Positions 22,946-33,659 of a DNA stretch of 64,000 bases are shown here, one piece after another. The DNA comes from Amoebophrya sp. A120. Its lineage: Eukaryota; Protista; Dinoflagellata. A model generated the notes under the pieces. It saw only the letters and a list, made by a program, of their open reading frames with translations. It had not been told where the DNA came from and did not search any database. Position 1 is the first letter of the stretch. Each line of letters opens with the position of its first letter. Both the position numbers and the translations under genes were made by a program. The stretch covers positions 605,643 to 669,642 of the forward strand of contig CAJINV010000001.1 of NCBI GenBank assembly GCA_905178155.1, written 5' to 3'.

Positions 22946-25900
22946 ATGCCGGAGGATATGATTCAGCGGCTGATGCCCCCGCGGGCGGCTCCGGAGAACC
23001 AGGCCTCGTTCAACAGATTGCGGTTCGAAATGGAGGACGACTATCATGTGCAAATATGTCTGGGTCTGGAAAGGTGGAACTTGTGTTGCATGTCCTGCAT
23101 TCCTGAAAAATCTGTATTGCATAGCCACCAAACGTGCGACTCCTTTGTGATGCAAAAACGCAGCTTGTCATGCGTGCTACGCATCGGACGGCGCCAACTA
23201 AACTTGTCATGTGAGGCTGCACTTGAAAGCAACAGACTCATCCATGCTTTAGCATCACAAGTTTCCAAGCCCAGACACATTTGCAATTGATAACGACTGC
23301 GACGACCTGATTGACTCCATCAAGGCCATATCAAATGTAAAAATGTCTGGGTCTGGAAGAATGCAACCTGTGATGCTGCGTCTCCATTATCCAAAAATCT
23401 GTATTGCATGAACAGCAAAAGAGGTCTGGCTTTGGCCACGGCGAGAGGGCATTTCTCATGCGGTATAGGCATCAGAAGGTCCTCACAAGGCCTGTGATGC
23501 TAGGGCATGCATCGCAGACATCAGGAGTCACGCAAAATGTGCATGACAAACCTTGCATGCTTCCAGACCCAGACATTTTTGCATTTGATAGGCCATGCAC
23601 ACCATGTGTCGCGGCCCCAAGACGTCCCAGGAAGACCTGCAGCTGGTGCTGAAGGAGTGCGAGGAGGACGACGATTTCTTGATCGACGAGGAACATCGTT
23701 CTGAACGGAAGGCTATCAAATGCAAATATGTCTGGGTCTGGAAGGATGCAACTTGTGATGCTGCCTTTGGATTCTACAAGAATCTGTACCGCGTGAGCAG
23801 CAAGAGAAGTTCAGTTTTTGCCAAACAGAGGGGGCAACATTTCTCATGCGGTATAGGCATCAGGATCAGGAAGCGCTCGCAAAATCTGTGATGCTGGGGC
23901 ATGCATCACAGGCATCATGGATCATTCAAAATGAGCATGAGAAATCTTGCAATCTTCCAGACCCAGACATATTTGCAATGCATAAAGGACCAACACGACC
24001 AACCGCACTCGACGCGCAAGGCCTCGCCCACCGAGGGATCGCTCGCCGACAATTCGACGCATTTCGACACTTTAAACAGCACGCGCGCCAGTGTGCTGAG
24101 CGGGGTGCATATCGTGAGGAAAAAGTGTTACAGTTACACACTCTGCGATGCAAGACACGCAAGACAGACAACCTCTGTCATGCCGGAAATGCTTGCCAGC
24201 CACCTCATTTCGTACGTGCGTGTTTTCGTTTATGGTCTGCGCTTTACAAGTTTTGTTTGCCATGCAGAGCAACTCTGTGATGCTGAAACTCCAACAAATG
24301 TGTAACTGTAACACTTTTTCCTTCGCATAGTGCAGCTCTCCTCGGCAGGGGTGAGTCCGGCGGCCTCGGCGCTATCAAATGTAAAAATGTCTGGGTCTGG
24401 AAGATTGGAACTTGTGATGCTAACTTTGGACTCTAAAAAGATCTGTATTGCATGACCAGCAATAGGAGCCCAGTTTGTGCTACGCGAAAAGGCATTTATC
24501 ATGCGGGATAGGCATCAGGAAGGCCTCTAAGAATATGTGATGCCAGATCATGCATTACAGACATCCTGAGTCATGTAAAATATGCATGACAAACCTGGTA
24601 ACCTTCCAGACCCAGACATTTTTGCATTTGATAGGCGCACTACAGCTACCACAGTACTATATCAAATGTAAAAATGTCTGGGTCTGGAAGAATGCAACTT
24701 GTGATGCTGAATTTGTATTCCAAAAAAATCTGTATTGCATGAGCAGCAAAGGAAACGTAATTTTTGCTACGCGGAAAGAGCATTTGTCATGCGGTATAGG
24801 CATCAAGAAGCCCTCACAAAATCTGTGATGCCAGGGCATGCATCACAGACATCATGGCTCATGCAAAACGTGCATGACAAGTCTCAGAATCTTCCAGACC
24901 CAGACATTTTTACATTTGATACACGACTACCCATAGCAACTACAAGCGGGACCAACTGCATGGGACGAATACTAGTAATTTGAATAGTACCAATTCCTCC
25001 AACCGAAGTCGCAGTCATCACCTATCAGATGCAAAAGTTTGTGCATACTAAATCGCGAAAATTATATTTTTGCATAATTATTAGAGGTTGACGGCGGCCT
25101 TCTTAGTCAAAGCTACGATGGTGCCGAAATCCAGTGTTGGTTCATTCCGAAAAAAACTGTTTAACAGTTTTTTTCGGAATCAAACTGTTTAACAGTTGAA
25201 ATCGCATAATATGCGATTTCAACTAGTCTGTCAGTGCGATCATAGTTACTACACTTTTGCAATGCATAGGGGAGTCACTCCAATAACTACGCCCCAACGG
25301 ACTCCGCGTCGTCGAGCGGCAATGATTCTTCGTACGCCGAAGACAGTTGTCGAGAGTGCTCTTGTTCGTCGTCGGAGCAGGAAGTGGGAACCAAGCGGTC
25401 TTCCTTGTCGGCTCGCGATGTTGAAATGGAGGCGGAACAGATCTATCCTGTGTAAAAACGTCCCCATGCCATAGTTGTCATGCAAGTCTGCATGCCTAAG
25501 AAGTTTCTCATGCGCAGCCACCTGACAGGCATTTTCTGATGCTTTCTGGGTGGAGTTTTTGTTTTTCATGCTAGAACAATCAGGATGAGAGTGTCGATTT
25601 CTCATGCTGCTGCTCTAGCTACACAGGGACAGGATTACTACACTGCGAGTCCAAAGAACTTGTGGCGGGCCGCAGCCAAACCCAAGCCGTGCTGATTTGT
25701 GTTGCAAAATTCCCATCTTCACGCTGGGGTGGCGACGTTTTTGCGCAGAATAAGATCGACTCGGAGATCAACCAGCTGATGTCAGTGCTGTCCGACAGTC
25801 TGGCGAAACTGAGCGTCAACGACATCGAGGATGAAAACGAAAACTCCGCCGGCTTTTCGCACGAGGGGGGCAAAAAGGAACACGACGACCGAGGACATAG

Positions 25901-27465
25901 TGACAGCAAAGGGAACCCGAACATGATCGCCATGAAAAGCGGGTCTGCGGGTGCGGGCGAGACGGCGGGGCGGGCGGCAGATTTTTGTGCGTCGGCCGCC
26001 AACATGGTGGGGGTGGTCGATGCAGAAGGCCTGAGTGCTGCGGGCGGGGACGATGGTAAGGATGTACAAGTGCTGTTACTTGTGCAATGAAAAACGTTTA
26101 AAAACAGTCTTCCCATTGCCGGGGCCAGTGTCCGTGTAAAATGATACATTACCCAAACATTTCCTTATGATCCTTTTTCAAAATGCATGGCCTACCAGTT
26201 TTGTTTCCTCGAAGTTGTTGCACCACGATGAATCAATTTATCAACACAGCGATGTCCGGTATCACGAATCAGTTTGAAGGCGGTGCTGGTATCCTCCTGA
26301 ATAACAACGTCTGTGTCATGGCATAGTTCTTTTTATCAATCTCTTTGCATCCATCGTAAAAGCTGTACGTGTACTGCATATAGTACATAGCCTGTGAGAT
26401 CATGACCACGAACAATTCCCAAGGACTTTTTTCTCCACCACCAGAGTTCTGTGCCTTGACACTTTTTTCTTTTCCCCGGGATACTATAAGGGCAGCAAGA
26501 AGCTAGTACGCAGATTTCCAGAAAATTTATTGCCGCGTCCTCGACGCCGACCGTGATGGGACGTGGTCGGGGAGCTGCTGCAGTAAATGGGGAACAGCAG
26601 CAGCAGAAGATGATCAACAACACGACTGGAACAACTTCTATGAACCACAGTACTCTTGCCGGTGGTCGGGAAGCGCAGAATTGTTCTCCGCACAACGACG
26701 ACGTCGAGGACACCGAACAGGACCACTTTTTCCAGCACGAAGAAGAAGAAGAAGAGCACGCGCGCCACCAGTTTGATGAAAGCAAAAGCACCTTCATCTT
26801 GAAGCCCATGGTCGACGAAAAGGACACCGAGGCGTGCGCGCGCAAGATTCAGGAGCTGTACGCCAAGCGCTACAAGTTGCACGAAATGTTCATGGGCGGC
26901 GCGCCGGAGTATGGGGTGGTGTTCCGGCTAAAGATATGCAAGAAAAAAATTGTGTTTGTGTAAGTGTAAATTTGTGTTGCAGAACATGCAACAGAGTTAC
27001 ACCTGTCATGCCAGACAGCCATGAAGTCCTCTTTTCATGTGTGTTTTCCCTTACAAGCCACGCATGACAGGTTTTCTCTGTCATGTAGAGCAAATTTGTG
27101 ATGCTGTTTCTCAAAGAGAGTTACACTTACACACTTTTTTTCATGGATAAAAGATCCTGACGAAGGCGGAACAGCGGATTCAGAACGCCGAGCGTTTGTT
27201 TCGCGACGTGCAGAAAAAGCTCAAGCAGCAGAAGGAACAGCAGATGATGGGAAAGAGAAATTCCTCGTCGTCCGTAGCTCCGGGAAGCTCCGGCTGTTCG
27301 GGAGTATTTTTTCCGTGTGAGAGCTACAACGATTCTACCTGTTACAACCAAAGCTGCCAGATGATGCAGACCGTGCCAGAGCAGGCCTACCACCAGTCGG
27401 CGCCCGCCCAGGCGGGATCTTCCCCTATCCCCGAGCCCAGGAGTTCCAGACGAAGCTCGGTGTAA
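22946..27465 (+). CDS. Hypothetical protein interrupted by 9 introners plus a GT-AG intron starting about 26055; start may be further upstream (ORF open from 22484)
   Basis: Removing each element plus one TSD gives a continuous frame MPEDMIQRL...EDD|CDDLIDSIKA|MHTMCRG...RLK|ILTKAEQRIQNAERLF...SV*. Confidence 0.7.
23042..23292. mobile_element. Introner, family A
   Basis: TIRs; TSD ACGAC/ACGAC. Confidence 0.9.
23329..23590. mobile_element. Introner, family A
   Basis: TIRs; TSD GGCCA/GGCCA. Confidence 0.9.
23714..23984. mobile_element. Introner, family A
   Basis: TIRs; TSD AAGGC/AAGGA. Confidence 0.88.
24110..24329. mobile_element. Introner, family D (AAAAAGTGTTACAGTTACAC TIR)
   Basis: TIRs; TSD GTGCA/GTGCA. 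Confidence 0.9.
24373..24633. mobile_element. Introner, family A
   Basis: TIRs; TSD GGCGC/GGCGC. Confidence 0.9.
24660..24921. mobile_element. Introner, family A
   Basis: Near-perfect TIRs; TSD TACTA/CACGA. Confidence 0.88.
25023..25268. mobile_element. Introner, eroded, with an internal palindrome
   Basis: TATCAGATGCAAAAGT...ACTTTTGCAATGCATA; TSD lost but frame restored. Confidence 0.65.
25444..25752. mobile_element. Introner, family B
   Basis: TIRs; TSD AGATC/AGATC. Confidence 0.9.
26935..27149. mobile_element. Introner, family D2 (TGTGTAAGTGTAA TIR)
   Basis: TIRs; TSD AAAGA/AAAGA. Confidence 0.88.
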
Positions 27466-28820
27466 AGGAGGACAGGATAGTAGATCAAACGCTACAGAGA
27501 AAATGAAAACCACAGGAATAAGGCAGCGATATTGATATTATGGTGGAGAGTTCTTTATAGCTTCATTCGGATTTAGTTCATTCCACCGCGAGAAGGTTTT
27601 CGTCGGCGAATCTGAATCCGCAGGTAGAAATGTAGCTAGAAGTTCTTTATTCGCAGGAAAGGCAAAAATGTTACATCCATCGCCCCTCGGCGATGAAGGA
27701 TTTGCTTCATCTTGAATCTGTTTAATCCAGATCAGTAAAGTATTTATTGATTAGTACCTAGTTGTAGTACAAACCGCTGTGGTTTTTCCAGGTACTGGCG
27801 GAATGTTTGTGCTGTCATGTAACAAAAGTTGTACTTACGTATCATGTAACAAAAGTTGTATCCACCTTACGCTAGTAACCGAGCCAAACTCGAAATATTC
27901 TTCCTACCCCACGAGAAAGAAACACCTCTGAAGTTGTAGAGGGCGACCACGAAACGCACTGGCAAGCAGGGCGAGATAAATTTGAGCTCTCAGCCGAATC
28001 TTGGCGTAGTGGTATTTATTATGTGCTTTTAGTACTCAACATGATCTACTACACCCCTGTTATTCATATCCTGTTTGGTACGAAGGAGCTATCGAAAAAA
28101 AGTAGTTGTAGATAACTCCAGAATGCCCCCAGCTTCATTTTTCCCTCAGAGTTCAGCGGCCAGTCGTTGTCTCATAGAGCTGCAGCTGCCCCAAGAAATC
28201 AACGGAAAGTTATAAGTGTAACGGAAAGTGGATATCGGCAGCAGCAGCGTCAGCAATCAGCTGGCACTAGAGGAGCGACGTAGAAGCATGTCGCCAGAAG
28301 CCGGCAAACAGGACCGCCACCAATCGATCGCCCCGGATTTATTTTAGCGTCTCAAGAAGATCATGAAGAAAGGTAGTAGTCACGACCTCGCCCTTATCGC
28401 AGGAGCAACAAAAAGCTGTTATTCATTATGAGTATCATTTTATCGCTTTTTATTCAATGAATGACACGTGAAATCAAGCAATGAGAATGACTGGATCGGA
28501 GTCAACGCCTCCCGAAGGAGCTCCACGGAGTTGGTCCGGAAGCTACTTCGGGAGATTGAGAACTGTTTTTGAACCAGAACGGTACGCGCTGAGGCCCAGA
28601 ATTATTTGCACTAGCATCGTGATTGGGGTCAGACCTTGCGTATATACCCGGGCGTGGTACCCTCGTGAAACGCCTTTTTTTACGCTGGTCAAACTTAGCG
28701 AATTCATTGGCGAACGCGCGCCATACCATGCGGCTTCGCAGTTCGTGGCGAGACGGATTTCCCTTGGTCTCTCTTTGCTGATCTTCATCGTTTTCCAGGA
28801 TCCCGGAATTTTCGGCTTCC

Positions 28821-29200
28821 GAGATTTCCCGGGAACTTGTGCAACTCGTGCAACTTTTGCACGTTTTTGTTGCGAATCACGAGGGTACGGCCGAGTTGCA
28901 CGGCGAGTTGCACGGTGCAACTCGCCGTGCAACTATCACAATAATTCGCGCCGAACCAGGAGAGTACGGGCCTTTCGAGATGTCCCGGAAACCTGCGCAA
29001 CTCGTGCAACTTTTGCACGTTTTGCGTTGCGAATCGCGATGGTATGGCCCGAGTTGCACGGCAGGTTGAACGGTGCAACTCGCTGTGCAACTAGCCCTAC
29101 ACTTTGCGCCGAACCAGGGCGGTATGGGCCGTGTTTCGATTCGACTTGTGCTAATCGCTCAACTTCGGCAGTTTTGTTGTGCGAACCACGGCGCGCCCGC
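28821..29200. repeat. About 156-bp tandem repeat (2 copies plus a degenerate third) with TGCAACT/AGTTGCA palindromes
   Basis: Units start at 28821 and 28977; perfect 20-bp stem 28894-28913 / 28915-28934. Confidence 0.8.
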
Positions 29201-30189
29201 TTTCCCAACTTCCACGCGGGACCGCGCTGGCGCATGTGGGCAGTATTACCAGCGCGCGCACGCTGGCTGCTGCGCATGTGGGGGATGTGTCCACTGTGTC
29301 GCGCTGAGAATGGGCATGCGCATGTCGGCTGTGTCTCCTCTTCGGTTGGTTGTTGTTGGTTGTCAATTGGGTTACCGTTCTGACGTATTGGCAACCAACT
29401 TGAAAACTGGCGCACTGCCAACGAGACAACTTGACAACCAACCCACAACCAGCACCGCCGTCGCGAACGTCCTCGGCACGCCCGCCCGAGTATCACGGCT
29501 CCGCTTCCGGGAATGTGATGGCGCGCGCGGGCAGTATTGCCGCTGCGCCTCTCTTTCCCTTCGGCCCGCGCCACAGCACTACTGTTGGGGGCGCTTTGAG
29601 GCCCGTCCGCCGCCGCCGCGCGCGGGCGCCCCAGTGTGGTGGGCCTTGTTCCCCGCCGCTCTGCATTACGGCTCGGGCCCTGCGGTTGCGGCCCCTCGGG
29701 CGGACGAGCGGACCACCCCCAGAACAGTCACCAACGAGGGGACCGGCCAGGCGCCCAACAGAAGCAAGCGGCGCAATGGTTCGGTCCGTGGTGAGGCCCG
29801 GGGGCACAATAGCTGTGATCAACAAAAGCCCCGCACTGGTTATGTCCGTGATGAGGCCCGCGGGCACAATAGCTGAAGTTCCCCCCCCTCCCAAACAAGA
29901 TGGCAAACCAGCGGGCCACCCACAACACCCCCCCCCGCCCAACGAACCACCAATGCGGGCGGCCCGGAAGCCAGGCGCACCACACGTGGGCGGCTCCCTG
30001 CCTGCCCGCGGCCAAAAGCGGGCGGAGTAGGCCAGCAAGGCAACCGGCCCTAAGCCCCAAAGGCTAGGGCAGGCCGCCTCTTTTCCCCAAAACTGAAACC
30101 ATCCAAACGGGCGTGACGGTGGGGCCTCCCCAAGCTTTCCCCTTCCCGGGAGTCAGGTAACTACGAAGGCGGAGGCCCATTCCGGACCT

Positions 30190-30575
30190 GTTAGGGCGGG
30201 AGTGGGGGCCCCCTTCGAGTGGGGGCGGCAGGGAGGTGGGGCCCCCTTGTGGGCAAAGAGGGCCGCGGGGGCCGGGGCCCCCCTCCAGGCGCGGTACCCA
30301 GCGGCCGGGAGGGCGGGAGCCGGGGGGCCCCCCCTGCAGGCGCGATACCCAGCGGGTGCGCGGGGGGGGGCGGGCAAGGAGGCGGGGGCCCCCTGCGCGT
30401 GGCCAGTGAAAGAGGGAGGCCGGCGGGGGCCCCCCTGCGGGCGGGCCGGGAGGCGGGGGCCCCCCTGTGGGGAGGATACCCAGCAGGCGGGAGGGCGGGA
30501 GCCGGGGACGGGGGCCCCCCTGTGGGGAGGATACCCAGCGGGCGAAAGGAAGGGAGGCGGGGGCCCCCTGTTTTC
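30190..30575. repeat. GC-rich degenerate minisatellite (GGGGGCCCCCC...GATACCCAGC units)
   Basis: Repeated self-complementary G/C runs. Confidence 0.7.
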
Positions 30576-31964
30576 CCCGACGGTATGCTCGACGCAAAAA
30601 TAGCAACCTTCAGCGTGCCGCCGTGTTAAAAAGTCTGGGCCTCAGCGCGTACCGGTCTCTTTTGAAAACCTATGATGCTTACAAATGATGGTCCTATGAT
30701 TCGAGAGCCCGTAACTGCTGATGGAAACTATTCTTCTACACCACCTAGCAAGGAATAAACTACAAAGAAGAAAGCCGCTACAAGCGGGGCGCAGCCCGTA
30801 GCACCCTTTCTGCAGTCGTTGCTTTTTCTTCCTTAGGTCGTGTTTGAGTTGTTGTGTCGCGACTTTTCCTTCTCGTGTCGTTCTTTCTTCAGCTTTTGTC
30901 AAAACCTGCTGCCGCGTCTGTGCAGCGAAAAGCAGTAATAGCTCCCTGGAGTTTTATTTTGTGCGAAATTCAAATTTTTAGGATTACGGTTGCATCATAA
31001 ATGCTAAAACCGTATCGAAAGAGGAATTCCACCCGCTGTTTGCAAGAAAAAGAAACAGGAAGCTTCGCGCATTGAAAAAAGAATGTTTATATTATAGTTT
31101 TCACTACTATAAGTAAACCAACTTTATTACCCCCAGCACTTCGGCCCCACCTTGTGCTTGTGCAGAGTCGAGCGTTGCGTTGTTAAAGCGCAAGCCGACA
31201 CTCGAACTCGAAAAGAAAAACCAAAATCGCTAGCTGCACACGTAGTTTTTTTTCTTTTACCGAAGATGAGCCAAGCTTTTTATGAGAGCGAGGCGAAAGA
31301 CAGCTTGGTTTTTTCTTCAGGAATTACCGGCAGCATATTACAAGGAAATTTTAAAAAAAGAACATTATCTGGTACTTGTACGTATTCTTGAATTATATCA
31401 CGACGACTTTCTTTATCCCGGTTTTAATATTGCCTTGCAAATTATCAATCGGAAAACGAAAACAAAACTCATAATACCATATGCTTTGTTTCAGGCCGAC
31501 CGCAATGTAAAAGTTGACTTTGGCGACGAAATTGAAAAACTCTCCTAGTCTTTCGACCCAGTTATCTTGAGAAAAGCACTATGAGCCAGCCTCTTGACGA
31601 AGAGACTGAAGACGAAGCCCAGTAGATGAAGAGTCAGCAATCAATGATGAATTTACGTATGTAATATTTGTTCACCTCCAGCAACTTTTCCACTTTTTGC
31701 CGTGCCGTGTGGCTTTTTTAGCCTACAGAAGACTGAATTAGTGATGAAATGTCGACTGCAGAGTCTGCGCATCTTTCACACGCTATTGATCGACTTTCAT
31801 GTTGAATATACTTCTTCTGAACCTGCGCCGGTCATGTTTTTTTTCGTTCCAGTATCCGTTGTTCGTCGTGTTTGTTGTTAAGGTTGCGCACGAAAGAAAA
31901 GTCCTCCTCTAGCGTAGTTTACTGTATCGAGCACTTAATATTTCCCTGCACAAGAAGCAGTGCC

Positions 31965-32880
31965 ATGCCCTCCTCTGCACGGTCGTCCTCAGCGGCAAGC
32001 AGTTCGACTTCGTCACACGTGCCATTGCGCCACCTGCCTTTCGATGTTACCAGCGTCCCGCCCCTGCCGAACCTGGCGCGGGACCTGGTCGTGCACAGTG
32101 TGCAGCGGTTATTTTGTCAGAAGAGCACGTTTGCTGGACCCGCCATGGCGGAGATATTTGTCGCGGCGAATTTTCAGGACGTGCGACAGGGGTACGTGCG
32201 GCTGGCGGTGCCTGCCATGCCAACCTCCGTGTACAACGGCTTTGGGGCGGTGCACGGCGGCGCAGTGGCGACCATCTTTGACATCTTTACGAGCGTCGCA
32301 ATCGTGACCGCGGAAATTGTATTGCCGGAAGTTGACGTCATATGCAAGAAAAAAACTGTGTAAGTGTAAATCTGTGATGCAGAAAATTTACACTTGTCAT
32401 GCTCGACATGCATGACCGGCTCGCTTCCTATGTGTTTTCCCTTTGTATCTGCGCATAACAAGTTTGTCCTGTCAATGTCATGGCAGACAAACTTGTGATG
32501 CTGTTTTCCCAAAAGACTTACACTAACACAGTTTTTTTCTTGGATACGCCATACCAGCATCACCAAAAGCTGCAAACGGAGCGGTAGTAGAACATCAAAC
32601 TACAGAGCTGCAAAAACCGACGACGTCAAACAGTAAAAAGCGGCCGGGGAATCACGTGTCGCTCAGTCTGAACTGCAGTTATCCCCGGGGACTGCAGGTC
32701 GGAAAACCCGCCGTATGGGAGGCCTGGGTTGAGAAAGTGGCACGGAATGTGGTCTTCAGCAAGGGGCGGGTGGTGCAAGACGGCGTGGTCTGTTCCACCT
32801 GCGACCATTTGAAGGCCTTCGTAGACGGCAACCCGGCCAATATGAAAAAGGAACAAGGTGCGACGACGAGTAAACTGTAA
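31965..32880 (+). CDS. Hotdog-fold acyl-CoA thioesterase (PaaI/ACOT13-like), 2 exons
   Basis: NGFGAVHGGAVATIFD motif; HVSLSLNCSY...VEKVARNVVF...CDHLK. Confidence 0.85.
32341..32546. mobile_element. Introner, family D2
   Basis: TIRs; TSD CGTCA/CGCCA. Confidence 0.88.
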
Positions 32881-33659
32881 CACTGAACATTTAATACCTG
32901 GTACATAGTTCTTTGCACATTTTTTCTATAAGCTTTGGAACAGCTGCAACAGCCTGCTCTCAGAAGGCAGTGAGCACATCATGCCGGATACAATCGTGAT
33001 GAAATAAACTTCCGTGCTGGCATTGAAGATGTCCGTGTGTTTGTTACTGATGTGTGCCTGATTGTGAAGATTCCACCTGCGTACTCTGTCCTTCTGTGTG
33101 TGTGCTGTCGCAATCATCCACTTCGTACGCAACAGTATTAAGAAGTGAGAACAATCCTAGCCAGCGAAAGAACGCACCACGTTCATTTCATGGATAATTT
33201 CATCTCTGATGGTGATGACAGTGTGATCGTGTGTTGAAGGCACGCGGTGTTTATTTCGATTTTATCGGCTCGTTCGATCACTTTCTGTCCGTCGTTCTTT
33301 TGTTCGGTTGGAGGAAAGGAGAACAGGAATCGCAGTCGTGAACATAAAAAGAAAGTACCGCGAAGGAAGTTGTTTTACCGCTCGAACGAATACTAATCGA
33401 AAAGCAGAGTCAGAGCTGTACAATCTTCCACAGCAACTTGTTGCTTGGTTTGGACGAAATGGTTCCTGATCCGAGTTGTATATATTTTAGGAAATGTAGA
33501 AAATATAAATGTGCAAAAGAAAGGAATTTAAACTTACTTTAGCATCAAAACTACATTGGTTTGCTTTCGCTTTTCTCCGTGGGTTTTTTGAAAGTGCGAT
33601 CGGAGAACAAGATTCAACCCGGTTCTTTTTCCCATTTGGAAAGAAACTCATCCGAAATT

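Larger units (their letters stand above)
28580..30654. mobile_element. Non-autonomous TIR element (about 2.1 kb) with internal tandem repeats
   Basis: Perfect 21-bp inverted repeat CGGTACGCGCTGAGGCCCAGA (28580-28600 / 30634-30654); no transposase motif seen; TSD unclear. Confidence 0.7.

Noticed and set aside
23042-24921. CRISPR-like array of recurring ~30-bp repeats
   Set aside because: The repeats alternate in orientation (they are TIRs), spacing is irregular, the intervening pieces are exons, the context is eukaryotic and there are no cas genes.
27815-27860. Direct repeat TCATGTAACAAAAGTTGTA x2 (a similar short duplication lies at 4457-4512)
   Set aside because: Simple local tandem duplication with no further structure.
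28481-30629. Long overlapping ORFs as a transposase or real genes
   Set aside because: They arise from GC-rich repeats with few stop codons, and no DDE, RT or HUH motifs were seen.
31282-31548. 88-aa AT-rich ORF
   Set aside because: No recognisable domain and composition unlike local genes; it cannot be supported.
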